DNA of 32,000 nucleotides from Candidatus Pacearchaeota archaeon (GCA_026016245.1 CP061211.1:240001-272000), one strand, 5' to 3'. Shown: positions 8,172 through 18,260, counted from the first letter of the stretch. The notes: generated by a model from the letters alone, not told the origin. Translations and numbers: made by a program.

Positions 8172-9944
8172 TTATTCCATTGGTGTTCCTGAAAAAGCTT
8201 CTCCTCTTTTTGGTAATCTTCCCCCTAGTTCAGTTGGAAGAGCAGAGAAACCAGCCCCATAAGTTGCAAAATGTTGTTCTGGCAATGTCATACCAAAACC
8301 TACTCCATAGCCAGCTGGGGTTCCGTAAACCCCCCTAACTTGATTCCAGAAAGGAGGCATTTCCATTCCATATAAAGGAGAGCCCATAGCCTCAAATAAA
8401 TAAGGGACAGGACTTACTTTCATGTGTTCAGCCCATGATGCAAATTCAAGAATCTTTTTACCACTATAGCCTTTTTTTTCGAGCTCTGTTAACATTTCTT
8501 TGATAGGAACTTCACCCATCCCTGGAGGAAGTTCTACATGCTCATAACCAAAATTATCAGCCAAATGAACATGCTTAACATAAGGAGCTATCTTTTTTGT
8601 TTCCTCTATTATAGCTTTTTTCGGAAAACCATGTTTCCTTAACATATTAATATGACTAACATCCCATGTTGCTCCAATAAGTTTTTCAGAAGCTGCCCTT
8701 GCTTTAGCATCACTCATCCCCTCTTCTTTTGCTTTCCTAATAAATTCTTCACGACTTTCCTTGATTAAATTGCTTAGTTCTTCTGCGCGGCCAAAAACAG
8801 TGTTAGGAAAGACATTTTCAATAGAAATTATAGGGGCCTTTTCTCCATATTCTTTATAGGCGTGTAAAGCTACATTAGCAATAGTTTTTTTACTTTTATC
8901 TAAACAAAAATCTTCTGCTGGAACATAAGTTTCTGGAGCAGGAAGAGTAGCAAGCTCTCTTAGAATTCTATTATATTTTTCAGCCATCTTGAGAGGATTT
9001 GTGTCTCTAAGTTTTTGCGCTTCTTTCCATTCTTCTCTTATTGTTCCCATTTTTTTCATTACATCCTCTTTTTTTTCTTCTGGTACAAATTCTATGACTT
9101 CATCAAACATGTGTCTTAAAGATAAGTCAACATCTTCATAACGTGCTTTTCCTAACTGAATTTCTGTAACTCCTCTGCCTTTTATAGGAGTCAATTCTTC
9201 TTCTGTAATTTTTTGTTCTTTCCAATCTTTCCAAATATCCCCAGCAGTTTCCCATCCTTCCTTGATCATGCTATCTGCTAAAAGTTTATTATGGATTAGA
9301 GAAGTTCTATTAGAATCCCAAACCCTTTCATTTATTTCTTTAAGCTCTCTTTCTGGATCTGGGATTTCTTCTTTTGGGAAAAATCTTTTTTTGATTTCTA
9401 AAGGAGCAATTCTTCCTGTCTCACGATTTACAGCATACATTATCTGTTTTCTTGGCTCTCCCTCTACCATGCGCCATTCTGTTGATGGTACGCCACCTGT
9501 AGCATGGATGGTCATAGGAATATTTCCTTTAGCACTTAAATCATGTGCTCTATCCATAGCATTCTTTAATTGATTTTCTGCCTGTTCCCTAAAAGATTCA
9601 CTCCAACCATCACGAGAAAAGCCAGCAGGATCAACTATTGGACCGTGCAATGTGAAATCCACCCCAGTTAATTTACCAATCCTTTCCACTTCTTTCCAAT
9701 GCTGCTTAGGAATAGCTTCAAAAACTTGGGGGGATACTTGTGATAGCTCCATAGTTTTTATCCCTTGACTTAATTTGGTTGAAACTTCTCCAATAATATT
9801 TGCTGTTCTTGGATCTGTTGATAAGCCAAGCTGAGAAGGTGGAACTCTATAACCAGTAAACAAAGGACCATACTCAGGATTAAGGGGACTATAAGTACCA
9901 GTATAGAGAGATTCATAAGATTGTGGTCTGCCATAAACAGGCAT
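8172..9944 (-). CDS. Xylose isomerase-like / AP endonuclease family-2-like TIM-barrel protein with extended termini
   Basis: DFTLHGPIVDPAGF, ISIENVFPNTVF, GATWDVSHINMLRKHG, VKHVHLADNFGYEHVELPPGMGEVPI, KILEFAS; ordered metal-ligand candidates as in this superfamily. SD-like AAGAGGT upstream. Confidence 0.8.
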   Translation of the reverse strand: MPVYGRPQSYESLYTGTYSPLNPEYGPLFTGYRVPPSQLGLSTDPRTANIIGEVSTKLSQGIKTMELSQVSPQVFEAIPKQHWKEVERIGKLTGVDFTLHGPIVDPAGFSRDGWSESFREQAENQLKNAMDRAHDLSAKGNIPMTIHATGGVPSTEWRMVEGEPRKQIMYAVNRETGRIAPLEIKKRFFPKEEIPDPERELKEINERVWDSNRTSLIHNKLLADSMIKEGWETAGDIWKDWKEQKITEEELTPIKGRGVTEIQLGKARYEDVDLSLRHMFDEVIEFVPEEKKEDVMKKMGTIREEWKEAQKLRDTNPLKMAEKYNRILRELATLPAPETYVPAEDFCLDKSKKTIANVALHAYKEYGEKAPIISIENVFPNTVFGRAEELSNLIKESREEFIRKAKEEGMSDAKARAASEKLIGATWDVSHINMLRKHGFPKKAIIEETKKIAPYVKHVHLADNFGYEHVELPPGMGEVPIKEMLTELEKKGYSGKKILEFASWAEHMKVSPVPYLFEAMGSPLYGMEMPPFWNQVRGVYGTPAGYGVGFGMTLPEQHFATYGAGFSALPTELGGRLPKRGEAFSGTPME

Positions 9945-10004
9945 TTTTTTACCTCTTTTCCTTAATTGAGAAGAAATTACTTAATTTAAATTTTTTTATT
10001 TTTG

Positions 10005-10571
10005 TTATGTTAATTTTTTATATTTCCTAACTTTCTTTTCAGGATGTTTGAATGCAGGTTCAAATTCGCTTGCTCTAAATTCTTCTCTTTCAGTTTTTTC
10101 ATATTTAATAACTTCTTCAAAACGCCCTCCTGTTTCTATTTCTCTGAGCAAGGGTTTGGTTTCTCTGACTTTCGCAGGCTCGAATGCTCTTCTTGGCCTT
10201 ACTTCTTCTCTTGCTTCAACTCTTGTTATCTCTGCTGTAGTTCTGTATTTTGGTTCTTCTTCCTCTGCATGGACAGGAGCATAAATTGGAGCTTCTTTTT
10301 TCACTTCTGGTTTTTTAACTTCAACACTACTTAAGAAATCCTCTAATTTTTCTCCCCTAAATTCTCTTGTCTCTGTCTTCTCTAATATTGGTGCTGTTCT
10401 TTTAACAGGCTCTGGCCCTGGTCTGAATGGAATTTCCCTTATCTCTTTTATTTCCTCGACTTTTTCTTTTGTTTCTTTCTTCTTCTCTTTTTCCTTGTCT
10501 TCTACTTTTTCTTCCTCTTCCTGCTCTTCCCTTTCCTCAGCCTTTTCTTCGTTTTCCTCTTCTTCAACCAT
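10005..10571 (-). CDS. Highly charged, probably disordered protein (start revised from 10703)
   Basis: MVEEEEENEEKAEEREEQEEEEKVEDKEKEKKKETKEKVEEIKE...; ATG at 10571 lies just after the stop of the upstream gene (10579). Confidence 0.65.
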   Translation of the reverse strand: MVEEEENEEKAEEREEQEEEEKVEDKEKEKKKETKEKVEEIKEIREIPFRPGPEPVKRTAPILEKTETREFRGEKLEDFLSSVEVKKPEVKKEAPIYAPVHAEEEEPKYRTTAEITRVEAREEVRPRRAFEPAKVRETKPLLREIETGGRFEEVIKYEKTEREEFRASEFEPAFKHPEKKVRKYKKLT

Positions 10572-10578
10572 TTTTAAA

Positions 10579-11949
10579 TTATTTTGGGACATTCCATCTT
10601 CCTGGTATTTCCCATTCTGGTTCAGCAAAAGAAGCCATCCCATGACTCTTCTTGTAAACATCATAAATCTTGTAACATAATGCTGAGGCTGTTCGTTCTG
10701 CAAATTTTCTTATTATAGATTCCTCAAAATTATCTTTCTTGATCTTCCCTATTTCAAGTTCTTTTTTCTCTTTTTCTTTCTTCTTCTTTTCCTCCTTTTC
10801 TTTTTTTTCTGTGAAATGTTCTAAATCTTCTATTACCTGGGAAAGACTTTGTTCTGTTACAGTTTCTACTAAACTTAGGGCATCCTTAAAATCCTCTTTA
10901 TCTAGTTCCTTGTCCAAGACTTTTAACTCATCTTCATTTAGAGCATAAGCCTTGAAGTTAACTTCTGCTCTTCCGCCAAAGACATAATGGCCTTGAGGAG
11001 TTCTTGTTGGAGTGCCTCTAAAAACAAAATCAACAAAAACACAAGCATAATAATCTCTCTTAAGTTTTAAATTACGGAATTTTTTAGGCAGATTTCCAAG
11101 ATCAGCTTCTTTCTGCACATTAATCTTGTTCTTACCTATTATGGAAAGTTCAAGAAGAATAATATTAAAAGCTTTTACCAAAGAAGGCTCTCTTGTTTTT
11201 TCTTTCATCATTAATTCTTGTGCAGCTTTAAGGTAAGGTTTTGCCCATCTTGTATAAAGTTTTAAAGAATCCACCTGGCTTTTTACCCATGCTCTTTCTA
11301 CTTCAAATCTTTTTCTCAGCTCAGCTTCGCTCCTGTCTCTCCAGGCTAAAAATTCAGCTACTCTCGGTTTAAGGACTCTCTTGACTCTGTCATTCAAATC
11401 CATCTTATCAACTTCTTCTGGATTTTTAGCAATCATGAATGCATCAATAACAGTAGCATACATGAATTGTGAAGCTAGTCCTTTAATGCTGGTATTACCC
11501 CTTTGAATATCAACCTTATCCATCCATATCTGTTTCAGACCAAGAATGCCAGACTCTCTCTTTTTTTCATCTTTGCTTTTCGCAAGATCATATTGTTTAA
11601 GTCTTATTTCAAATTCTTTTAAATCATAAAATAGATTTACAAGACTCTTTAACATAACCCCAATTGTTTGCATTATTTTCATTCCTTCTTCTTGCATTAT
11701 TTTGGCTCTCTGACCTATTTCTGCAAAATAACCACTTCCTGGAGAAGCTGCAAAATTGTCCACTATTTTTTCAACATCAAAACCTAGCTCTTTCATGAAT
11801 TCAAGAATCCAGAAATAAACAGGCTCAAGCTGTTCAGCTGGGCTGTCATAAACAAGGCCATGTTCCCAGATTGGTTTTTCATATTTTGGGTTTACACTCT
11901 CTATAATTTCCTCTGTAGTTCTAGAGCCCTCTTTTTTTTCTTCTGTCAT
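10579..11949 (-). CDS. Conserved hypothetical protein, 456 aa, helical
   Basis: Long intact ORF; MTEEKKEGSRTTEEIIESVNPKYEKPIWEHGLVYDSP...; first gene of a four-gene minus-strand run. Confidence 0.8.
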   Translation of the reverse strand: MTEEKKEGSRTTEEIIESVNPKYEKPIWEHGLVYDSPAEQLEPVYFWILEFMKELGFDVEKIVDNFAASPGSGYFAEIGQRAKIMQEEGMKIMQTIGVMLKSLVNLFYDLKEFEIRLKQYDLAKSKDEKKRESGILGLKQIWMDKVDIQRGNTSIKGLASQFMYATVIDAFMIAKNPEEVDKMDLNDRVKRVLKPRVAEFLAWRDRSEAELRKRFEVERAWVKSQVDSLKLYTRWAKPYLKAAQELMMKEKTREPSLVKAFNIILLELSIIGKNKINVQKEADLGNLPKKFRNLKLKRDYYACVFVDFVFRGTPTRTPQGHYVFGGRAEVNFKAYALNEDELKVLDKELDKEDFKDALSLVETVTEQSLSQVIEDLEHFTEKKEKEEKKKKEKEKKELEIGKIKKDNFEESIIRKFAERTASALCYKIYDVYKKSHGMASFAEPEWEIPGRWNVPK

Positions 11950-12025
11950 AAAAAAATCAAGCAGGGATGATTTTTATTACTTTCGGTATACAAAGATTTA
12001 AAAAATATTTATGCTTCTTAATAAT

Positions 12026-12349
12026 ATGGTCTTTGGAAAAATATTCAAGAGAAAGAGGAAAGGCGCAGATGTGATTGATTTAGGTAAACTTAATGAGATA
12101 CAAAACCGCGAAAGGATATTAAAAGAAGCTACAACAGAAAAGCCAGATAGTAATAATATGGGTTTTCTTGGAACCATGGCTAGTGCAGCTGGGAGTGAGA
12201 GTAGCCAGACAACTCATGTAGCAGTTTCTGGGGTTGATATGGAAAAATTTGATAGGCTCTGCAGAAGGCTTGATCATCTGGTGGATAGATTTGAACTTCT
12301 TGAGAGAAAAATCGAGAGAATTGAACATAGGGTTGATTTAAAATACTAG
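12026..12349 (+). CDS. Small protein with C-terminal coiled coil (start revised from 12011)
   Basis: MVFGKIFKRKRKGADVIDLGKLNEIQNRERI...FDRLCRRLDHLVDRFELLERKIERIEHRV; TATA-like ATTTAAAAAATATTTA at ~11996-12010 is compatible with ATG 12026 and incompatible with 12011. Confidence 0.6.
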   Translation: MVFGKIFKRKRKGADVIDLGKLNEIQNRERILKEATTEKPDSNNMGFLGTMASAAGSESSQTTHVAVSGVDMEKFDRLCRRLDHLVDRFELLERKIERIEHRVDLKY

Positions 12350-12354
12350 TAAAA

Positions 12355-12819
12355 ATGCCAAAAAAGAAGGTGATGGAAAAAGGAGGGGGTGAGAAAAAAT
12401 TATTTCTCTTTCTAATAACTGTGTTCTTTATTTTTGCTCTTGATAGATACACTAAGTTATTATCACAATTTGTAAGTGGGTGTTTTATTTTTTGTATAAA
12501 ACAATCAGTTAATTATGGGGCTGCCTTCAGTCTTCTAAGTGGTTTTGAATGGACTAGAATTCTCTTAATAATCGTTGCTCTCCTGGTATTGTTTTTCACA
12601 GCTTTCTTTTATTTTCAAGATAAGAATTTCAATTATTTTCATATAGGCTTGATTTTATTATTTGCCGGAACACTAAGTAATCTTTTTGATAGAATATATT
12701 TTGGTTATGTTACTGACTTTTTGACTTTAAGTTTTATTCCAATTCCTGCTTTTAATTTAGCTGATGTGAGTAATGTCATTGGTGTTGTAATTCTGATATG
12801 GACATTAATAAAAAAATAA
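12355..12819 (+). CDS. lspA: Signal peptidase II (lipoprotein signal peptidase) homologue
   Basis: Multi-TM protein with VNYGAAFSLLSG, GTLSNLFDRIYFGYVTDFLTL and FNLADVSNVIG, matching the LspA signatures including both catalytic Asp. Confidence 0.9.
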   Translation: MPKKKVMEKGGGEKKLFLFLITVFFIFALDRYTKLLSQFVSGCFIFCIKQSVNYGAAFSLLSGFEWTRILLIIVALLVLFFTAFFYFQDKNFNYFHIGLILLFAGTLSNLFDRIYFGYVTDFLTLSFIPIPAFNLADVSNVIGVVILIWTLIKK

Positions 12820-12841
12820 AAAAGAATAAAAAACAGAAAAA

Positions 12842-13600
12842 TTAAACTGCTTCAAAAACAACACGTACTGAAGCTGTAACTGTAACTTTTCCTATCTCTA
12901 CTGAAGCTGGCGTCTCAATTTCTCCACCCTCGCCGCCTATTGCTTTTGCTCTATAATCCACAGCATAAATCCAAGGTCTATAGTCCCAAGTGGTATCTTG
13001 AACATTTTTTATCCCTTTAATATCTAAGCCCAAACCTTGAGCTATGCTCTCTGCTTTTGTCTTTGCGTTTTCTGAAGCTTTTTGGAGAGTTTCTTCCTTA
13101 AGTTCATTCATTTCTTCATCTGACAAAGAGTATTGTATGTTGTCAACAAAGTTTGCTCCAGCATCTACTGCCGCTGTTATGAATATTCCTATATTAGTGT
13201 AATTCTCAATCTTTATCTTCAATCTATGGTAAGCTCTGTAACCTTTAATTTTTCTTGTGCCTTGTATCCACTCATACTCTGGATGTAAAGTATAAGAGTC
13301 TGTCACTATCTTACTCTCTGAAAGACCTTTGTCTATCAAGGCTTTTTTAATTTCTGCTATTGCTTTTGCATTCTCTTGCTCAGCTTCTTGGGCATTCTCA
13401 TTTGTGTTTTGGTAACCTAGATAAATAGTCGCTATAGTTGCTTGTTTTTCGAGTTCAGCATTTCCATTAACATCAATTGTTTTTCCTTGTGGCAATGGTT
13501 TGAAAATTAAGAGTGTTATAATAAAAGCTGCCACGATTACCACTATAAGAATTGTTAAAAGAATTGGTGTTGCTTTAATTGTTTTAATTCTTTTAGCCAT
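12842..13600 (-). CDS. SIMPL-domain (DUF541) protein with N-terminal membrane anchor
   Basis: ILLTILIVVIVAAFIITLLIF anchor; VNGNAELEKQATIATIYLGYQNTNENAQEAEQENAKAIAEIKKALIDKGLSESKIVTDSYTLHPEY...YRAYHRLKIKIENYTNIGIFITAAVDAGANFVDNIQYSLSDE. Confidence 0.85.
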   Translation of the reverse strand: MAKRIKTIKATPILLTILIVVIVAAFIITLLIFKPLPQGKTIDVNGNAELEKQATIATIYLGYQNTNENAQEAEQENAKAIAEIKKALIDKGLSESKIVTDSYTLHPEYEWIQGTRKIKGYRAYHRLKIKIENYTNIGIFITAAVDAGANFVDNIQYSLSDEEMNELKEETLQKASENAKTKAESIAQGLGLDIKGIKNVQDTTWDYRPWIYAVDYRAKAIGGEGGEIETPASVEIGKVTVTASVRVVFEAV

Positions 13601-13651
13601 TTTGTTTTAAAAAGAATAATCTATTTAAAGGTTTCTTGTTTTTATAAAGTG

Positions 13652-15331
13652 ATGATGAAAAAAAGTGAAAAAAAGATTCTTGCTTATGCTTTGGCAAATG
13701 CAATATCTCATAATGGTAAAGCGCAAGTAGGAGCAGTTTTACCAAAATTATTCCAGGAAGGATTAAAGAAAGAACAAGTTAAAGCCATAATACCAAAAAT
13801 TCAGAAAATAGTCAAACAAATCAATGCGCTAAGCAAGGAAGCTCAAGAAGAAAAATACCAAAAGCTCAGCAGTTTAGTAAAGAGAAAGGAAGAAAGAAAA
13901 GGCCTTCCAGAATTACCAAACGCAAAGCAAGGAAAAGTGGTAATGAGACTTGCTCCTTTCCCAAGCGGGCCTTTACATATTGGAAATGCCCGCCCATTCA
14001 TAGTGAATGATGAATATGTAAAGATGTATCAAGGCAAGCTTCTTTTTGTTATTGATGATACTATTGGAAGTGAAGAGAAAAGAATCATGCCTGAATCCTA
14101 CAAACTTATTCCTGAAGCACTTGATTGGTTGAAAATTAGGTATAAGAAGCCAATAATTTACAAATCTGACAGACTGAATCTTTATTATAGATATGCTGAA
14201 GAATTAATAAAGAAGGATAAAGCATATGTTTGTTTCTGTAGCTCTGATGTTTTACATGAGAATAGAGTCAAAAGAAAGGAATGTGAACATAGAAGAGCAA
14301 ATATTAAAGAAAATCTAAAAAATTGGAAGGAAATGTTGAATGGAAAATACAAACAAGGACAAGCTATTTTGAGAATAAAGACAAATATGCAACATAAGAA
14401 TCCTGCTTTTCGCGACCGTGTTTTGTTTAGGATTTCTGAAAGGGAGCATCCAAAAACAAAAAAGAAATATAAAGTTTGGCCTCTTCTTGAATTTTCGTGG
14501 GCTATAGACGACCATTTACTTGGAATAACACATATATTACGAGGAAAGGATTTGATGATGGAAAGTGAGATGGAAAAATATATTTGGGACATCTTTGGCT
14601 GGAAAAAGCCAATAATAATTCATACAGGTCTTATTAACATAGAAGGAGCAAAAATTTCCAAAAGTAAAAGTCAGAAAGAGATTGTTACAGGAAAATATTT
14701 TGGTTGGGATGATCCTAGGACATGGTCTTTACAATCATTAAGAAGAAAAGGTATTGAGGCAGAAGCAGTCAGGGCTTTCTGCTTAAGTTTGGGATTAACG
14801 CAGACAGAAGCAACAGTTCCAATTGAAAATCTTTACAAGGAAAATAAAAAAATAGTGGAAAAATCAGACCGTTATTTCTTTGTTGCCAATCCTACAAAAA
14901 TTAAGATAAAAAGTGCTTTAAAAATTAAGACAAAAATTTTGTTGCATCCAGATCATCCAAAAAGGGGCTGCAGAAATTTCTCAACATATCAGGATTTTTA
15001 TATAGCAAATGAGGATTATAAGAAAATCAGGAGAGGTTGCTTGTATAGGTTAATGAATTTGTTTAATTTTACAAAAAATACTTACTTCAAATTTATTTCC
15101 AAGGAGCATGAGCCAAAATTAAAAGCCAAGCTGATTCACTGGCTTCCTGTTCAAAAAGATCTTGTTCAAGCAGAGGTTTTGATGCCTGATGGAAACATTA
15201 TAAAAGGGCTTGCAGAGAATGGGATTAGGAAACTAAAGCCAGATACAATAATACAATTTGAACGCTTTGGTTTTTGCAGATTTGATGGGAAAGAGAAAAA
15301 TAAATTTTTATTTTGGTTTGGCCACAGATAA
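13652..15331 (+). CDS. gltX: Glutamyl-tRNA synthetase, archaeal type
   Basis: LAPFPSGPLHIGNARPFIVNDEY (HIGH motif), GAKISKSKSQ (KMSKS-like); C-terminal beta-barrel-like region. Track start 13649 is a GTG; ATGs at 13652/13655. Confidence 0.93.
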   Translation: MMKKSEKKILAYALANAISHNGKAQVGAVLPKLFQEGLKKEQVKAIIPKIQKIVKQINALSKEAQEEKYQKLSSLVKRKEERKGLPELPNAKQGKVVMRLAPFPSGPLHIGNARPFIVNDEYVKMYQGKLLFVIDDTIGSEEKRIMPESYKLIPEALDWLKIRYKKPIIYKSDRLNLYYRYAEELIKKDKAYVCFCSSDVLHENRVKRKECEHRRANIKENLKNWKEMLNGKYKQGQAILRIKTNMQHKNPAFRDRVLFRISEREHPKTKKKYKVWPLLEFSWAIDDHLLGITHILRGKDLMMESEMEKYIWDIFGWKKPIIIHTGLINIEGAKISKSKSQKEIVTGKYFGWDDPRTWSLQSLRRKGIEAEAVRAFCLSLGLTQTEATVPIENLYKENKKIVEKSDRYFFVANPTKIKIKSALKIKTKILLHPDHPKRGCRNFSTYQDFYIANEDYKKIRRGCLYRLMNLFNFTKNTYFKFISKEHEPKLKAKLIHWLPVQKDLVQAEVLMPDGNIIKGLAENGIRKLKPDTIIQFERFGFCRFDGKEKNKFLFWFGHR

Positions 15332-15350
15332 ATATAAGATAGGGTCTAAG

Positions 15351-17414
15351 ATGACATATACTTTGATTATCGCAGAGAAACCAGCTGCTGCAATGCGAAT
15401 AGCTTATGCTCTCGCAGAGATTGCTCCTGTCAAGAGGAATATTGCTGGAGTGCCATTCTGGGAGATTAATAGAGGTAAGAAGAAATTCATTATAGTGAGT
15501 GCAGTGGGTCATTTGTTTGGCTTAGCTCAGAAGGGAACAAGCAAAGAGTGGCCTGTTTTTGATATTGAATGGCAAGCAAGTAAGGGTTTTGTTAGGAAAT
15601 ATATGAATGTTATCACGCATTTTGCCAAGGAAGCTGATAATTTCATTATTGCCTGTGATTATGATATTGAAGGCGAGCTTATTGGTTTTAATGCTCTCAG
15701 ATTTTTATGTAAAAAAGAAGACGCAAAAAGAATGAAATTCTCCACACTTACTAAGCCAGATCTAATCAAAAGTTATGAAGATATTATGGCTCATATAGAT
15801 TTTGGCCAGGTTTATGCTGGAGAAACCCGTCACTTTCTTGATTGGTATTATGGTATTAATTTAAGCAGGGCATTAATGCAGGCAATAAAAAAAGCTGGTT
15901 CATTTAGGATTCTTAGCATTGGTAGAGTTCAAGGACCTGCTTTAGCTTTGATTGTGGAAAAAGAAAAAAAGATTCAAGCATTCAAGCCAGAGCCTTATTG
16001 GCAAATTTTCCTTCTTGTGAAAAATAAACATGAAATTGAGGTTAAATATCCTAAAGATATTATAAAAGAAAAAGAACTTAAGATTTTTGAAAAATTAAAA
16101 GGAAAAACTGGAGAGGCTAGAACAACTAAAGAAGAAAAGAGCCTGAGACCTTTCCCGCCTTTTGATTTAACAAGTCTGCAGATAGAATCATACAAGTTTT
16201 TTGGCATAACTCCTGCACAAACCCTATCAATAGCACAAAAATTATATCTTCAAGGCCTGATTAGTTATCCAAGAACTAGCAGTCAGAAGTTGCCTTTTAC
16301 TATAGGATATAAAAGAATTTTAAATAAGTTAAACAGGCTTTTTCCTAAATTAACAGCTTATGCCAAGAGAGCCATGCCAATAGAAGGCAGAAAGACAGAT
16401 CCAGCACATCCTTCTATATTTCCTACAGGTGAAAAATCAAAAAAATTGAATCAAGCAGAAAAACAAGTTTATGATTTAATTGTTAAGAGATTTATTGCAT
16501 GCTTTTCTGAAGATGCTTTTATTGAGGAAAAGAAAATAAGTGTGAAGGTTGGAAAGCATGAATTTATTGTCCAAGGCAAGAAGATTCTGAAAAAAGAATG
16601 GTTAAATGTTTATCCAGCAAAAATTGATGTTAAGGAAATTCCTGATCTGGATGGCAAAGTAAAAGTTAAGGATGTGAGAATAGATGAAAAAGAAACACAG
16701 CCTCCAAGACGTTATAGTGCATCAAGTCTTGTCTATGAATTAGAGAAAAGAGGTTTAGGCACAAAAGGAACAAGAGCTATGATTGTTGATACGCTTTACA
16801 AAAGAGGCTATATAACAGGAAGACAGATTCAAGCAACAAAACTTGGAATGAATGTTGTTTCTGCCCTTGAAAAAAATAGCCCTTTGATTCTTGATGAAAA
16901 GCTGACAAGGAAATTTGAAGAAGAGATGGAAAAAATAAGAGGGGAAAAAACAAAAGAAAAAATAGTCAAAAAAGAAAAGAAAGTAATAGATGAAGCAAAA
17001 GATCTGTTAATAAAGATTTCAAAGCAATTTAAAGAGCATGAAAAGGAAATAGGAAAAGAGCTTCTTGCAGCACATAAAGAGATTGTAGAGGAACAAAGGA
17101 AAGCCAATACTTTATTCTTATGTCCTGTATGCAAGAAAGGTCATCTTGTTATGTTAAGGAGCAGAAGAGGCAAGAGATTTGCTGGTTGTGATGCTTACCC
17201 AAAATGTAAAAATACCTATGCTTTGCCACAATATGGCTTGATAAAATTAGCAGGTAAGAAATGTAAAGAATGTGACTTCCAACTTCTTCTGCTCATAAGG
17301 AAAAGTAAACCACCATGGGAATTTTGTTTTAATCCTGAATGTAAAACAAGAAAAGTAATAAAAAAAGTAAGGAGACAAAAACCAAAAGCCAGAAAGCCAA
17401 GAAAATTAAGTTAA
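15351..17414 (+). CDS. topA: DNA topoisomerase I (type IA) with C-terminal zinc-finger region (start revised from 15258)
   Basis: MTYTLIIAEKPAAAMRIAYAL Toprim start, ACDYDIEGELIG, LDWYYGINLSRALM, GRVQGPALALIVEKE, GLISYPRTSSQKLP active-site Tyr, C-terminal CPVC...GCDAYPKCK...CKEC...CFNPEC. The region before 15351 overlaps gltX. Confidence 0.95.
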   Translation: MTYTLIIAEKPAAAMRIAYALAEIAPVKRNIAGVPFWEINRGKKKFIIVSAVGHLFGLAQKGTSKEWPVFDIEWQASKGFVRKYMNVITHFAKEADNFIIACDYDIEGELIGFNALRFLCKKEDAKRMKFSTLTKPDLIKSYEDIMAHIDFGQVYAGETRHFLDWYYGINLSRALMQAIKKAGSFRILSIGRVQGPALALIVEKEKKIQAFKPEPYWQIFLLVKNKHEIEVKYPKDIIKEKELKIFEKLKGKTGEARTTKEEKSLRPFPPFDLTSLQIESYKFFGITPAQTLSIAQKLYLQGLISYPRTSSQKLPFTIGYKRILNKLNRLFPKLTAYAKRAMPIEGRKTDPAHPSIFPTGEKSKKLNQAEKQVYDLIVKRFIACFSEDAFIEEKKISVKVGKHEFIVQGKKILKKEWLNVYPAKIDVKEIPDLDGKVKVKDVRIDEKETQPPRRYSASSLVYELEKRGLGTKGTRAMIVDTLYKRGYITGRQIQATKLGMNVVSALEKNSPLILDEKLTRKFEEEMEKIRGEKTKEKIVKKEKKVIDEAKDLLIKISKQFKEHEKEIGKELLAAHKEIVEEQRKANTLFLCPVCKKGHLVMLRSRRGKRFAGCDAYPKCKNTYALPQYGLIKLAGKKCKECDFQLLLLIRKSKPPWEFCFNPECKTRKVIKKVRRQKPKARKPRKLS

Positions 17415-18260
17415 TATGTGTTTTACATGATTACTTGTGCCTATAGGCACTTCTTTTTCAGGATAAACAATTATGCCTTTTTTTTGTTTTATTTCCATAG
17501 CAACAATTTTTCTCTTTATATTTTCACCCCTCATCTTTAAAATTTCTACTGCACTACCACGCCTGCCATTTCCATAAATTACATTATAAATTATTATGAT
17601 GCCATCTGAAAGAAAGCTTACAGCTTCAGCTCTTTCAACATAAACAGTTCCTATATGTGTTGGATTGCTTACCTCACGAATTAAAAAAGAGGTAATCTCT
17701 GTTTTTTCTAGATATCTAAACAACTGTTCCATATAAACCCTGAATCTTGCTTCTTCACCTGAAAAAGCAGAAGCAATAGATGTTAAGGAATCTATACAAA
17801 CAATATCTGGTTTAAAATCTGGGGGGAAAAATACTGGTTGTATATCAATAAGCAACTCTTTTTTAGCTTCGCTAAGCAAGGCTTCAACACTTCTTGAAAT
17901 ATCAAGGGCACTATATCTTTTTATCCTGAGCAAGTCCTTTTTCTCAAATTCATCTGGATGCCAACCAAAAGCACGCATATGTCTTCTTAATCTTGATTCT
18001 GGCTCTTCAAAACTCATATAAAGAACTTTTTTTCCTTGTTTGCAGGCATTATAAGCAAGTTGTAAACAAAAAATTGTTTTGCCACTACCAGGGCCACCTT
18101 CAACAAGAACGCTGCTACCAACAGGAACCCCTTTTTCTAAAAGTTTATCAAAACCCTGAATATTTGTTTTAAAATATTCCCTTGGCTTTAACTTTAATTC
18201 TCTAACTCTTTTAACAGCTTTAGCAGCTTTTTTCTTAGCTCTTCTTACCCCTTTTTTCAT
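17406..18260 (-). CDS. KaiC-like RecA-superfamily ATPase
   Basis: NIQGFDKLLEKGVPVGSSVLVEGGPGSGKTIFCLQLAYNACKQGKKVLYMSFEEPESRLRRHMRAFGWHP (Walker A and KaiC-type signature), DIVCIDSLTSIAS Walker B. Confidence 0.9.
   Translation of the reverse strand: MKKGVRRAKKKAAKAVKRVRELKLKPREYFKTNIQGFDKLLEKGVPVGSSVLVEGGPGSGKTIFCLQLAYNACKQGKKVLYMSFEEPESRLRRHMRAFGWHPDEFEKKDLLRIKRYSALDISRSVEALLSEAKKELLIDIQPVFFPPDFKPDIVCIDSLTSIASAFSGEEARFRVYMEQLFRYLEKTEITSFLIREVSNPTHIGTVYVERAEAVSFLSDGIIIIYNVIYGNGRRGSAVEILKMRGENIKRKIVAMEIKQKKGIIVYPEKEVPIGTSNHVKHILT

Noticed and set aside
10572-10703. N-terminal extension of the 232-aa minus-strand ORF
   Set aside because: Lies within the end of the 456-aa gene. ATG 10571 (MVEEEEENEE) fits the compact operon layout better.
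7195-11949. Calling the NTase/TIM-barrel cluster a defence or toxin-antitoxin system
   Set aside because: No mobile-element context, no recognisable effector or antitoxin pair, and no clear HEPN RNase motif. Listed only as a hypothesis.
15258-15350. Upstream extension of topA in the ORF track (MNALVFADLMGKRKINFYFGL...)
   Set aside because: Overlaps the gltX C-terminus in another frame. The Toprim domain starts cleanly at MTYTLIIAEKPAAA (15351).
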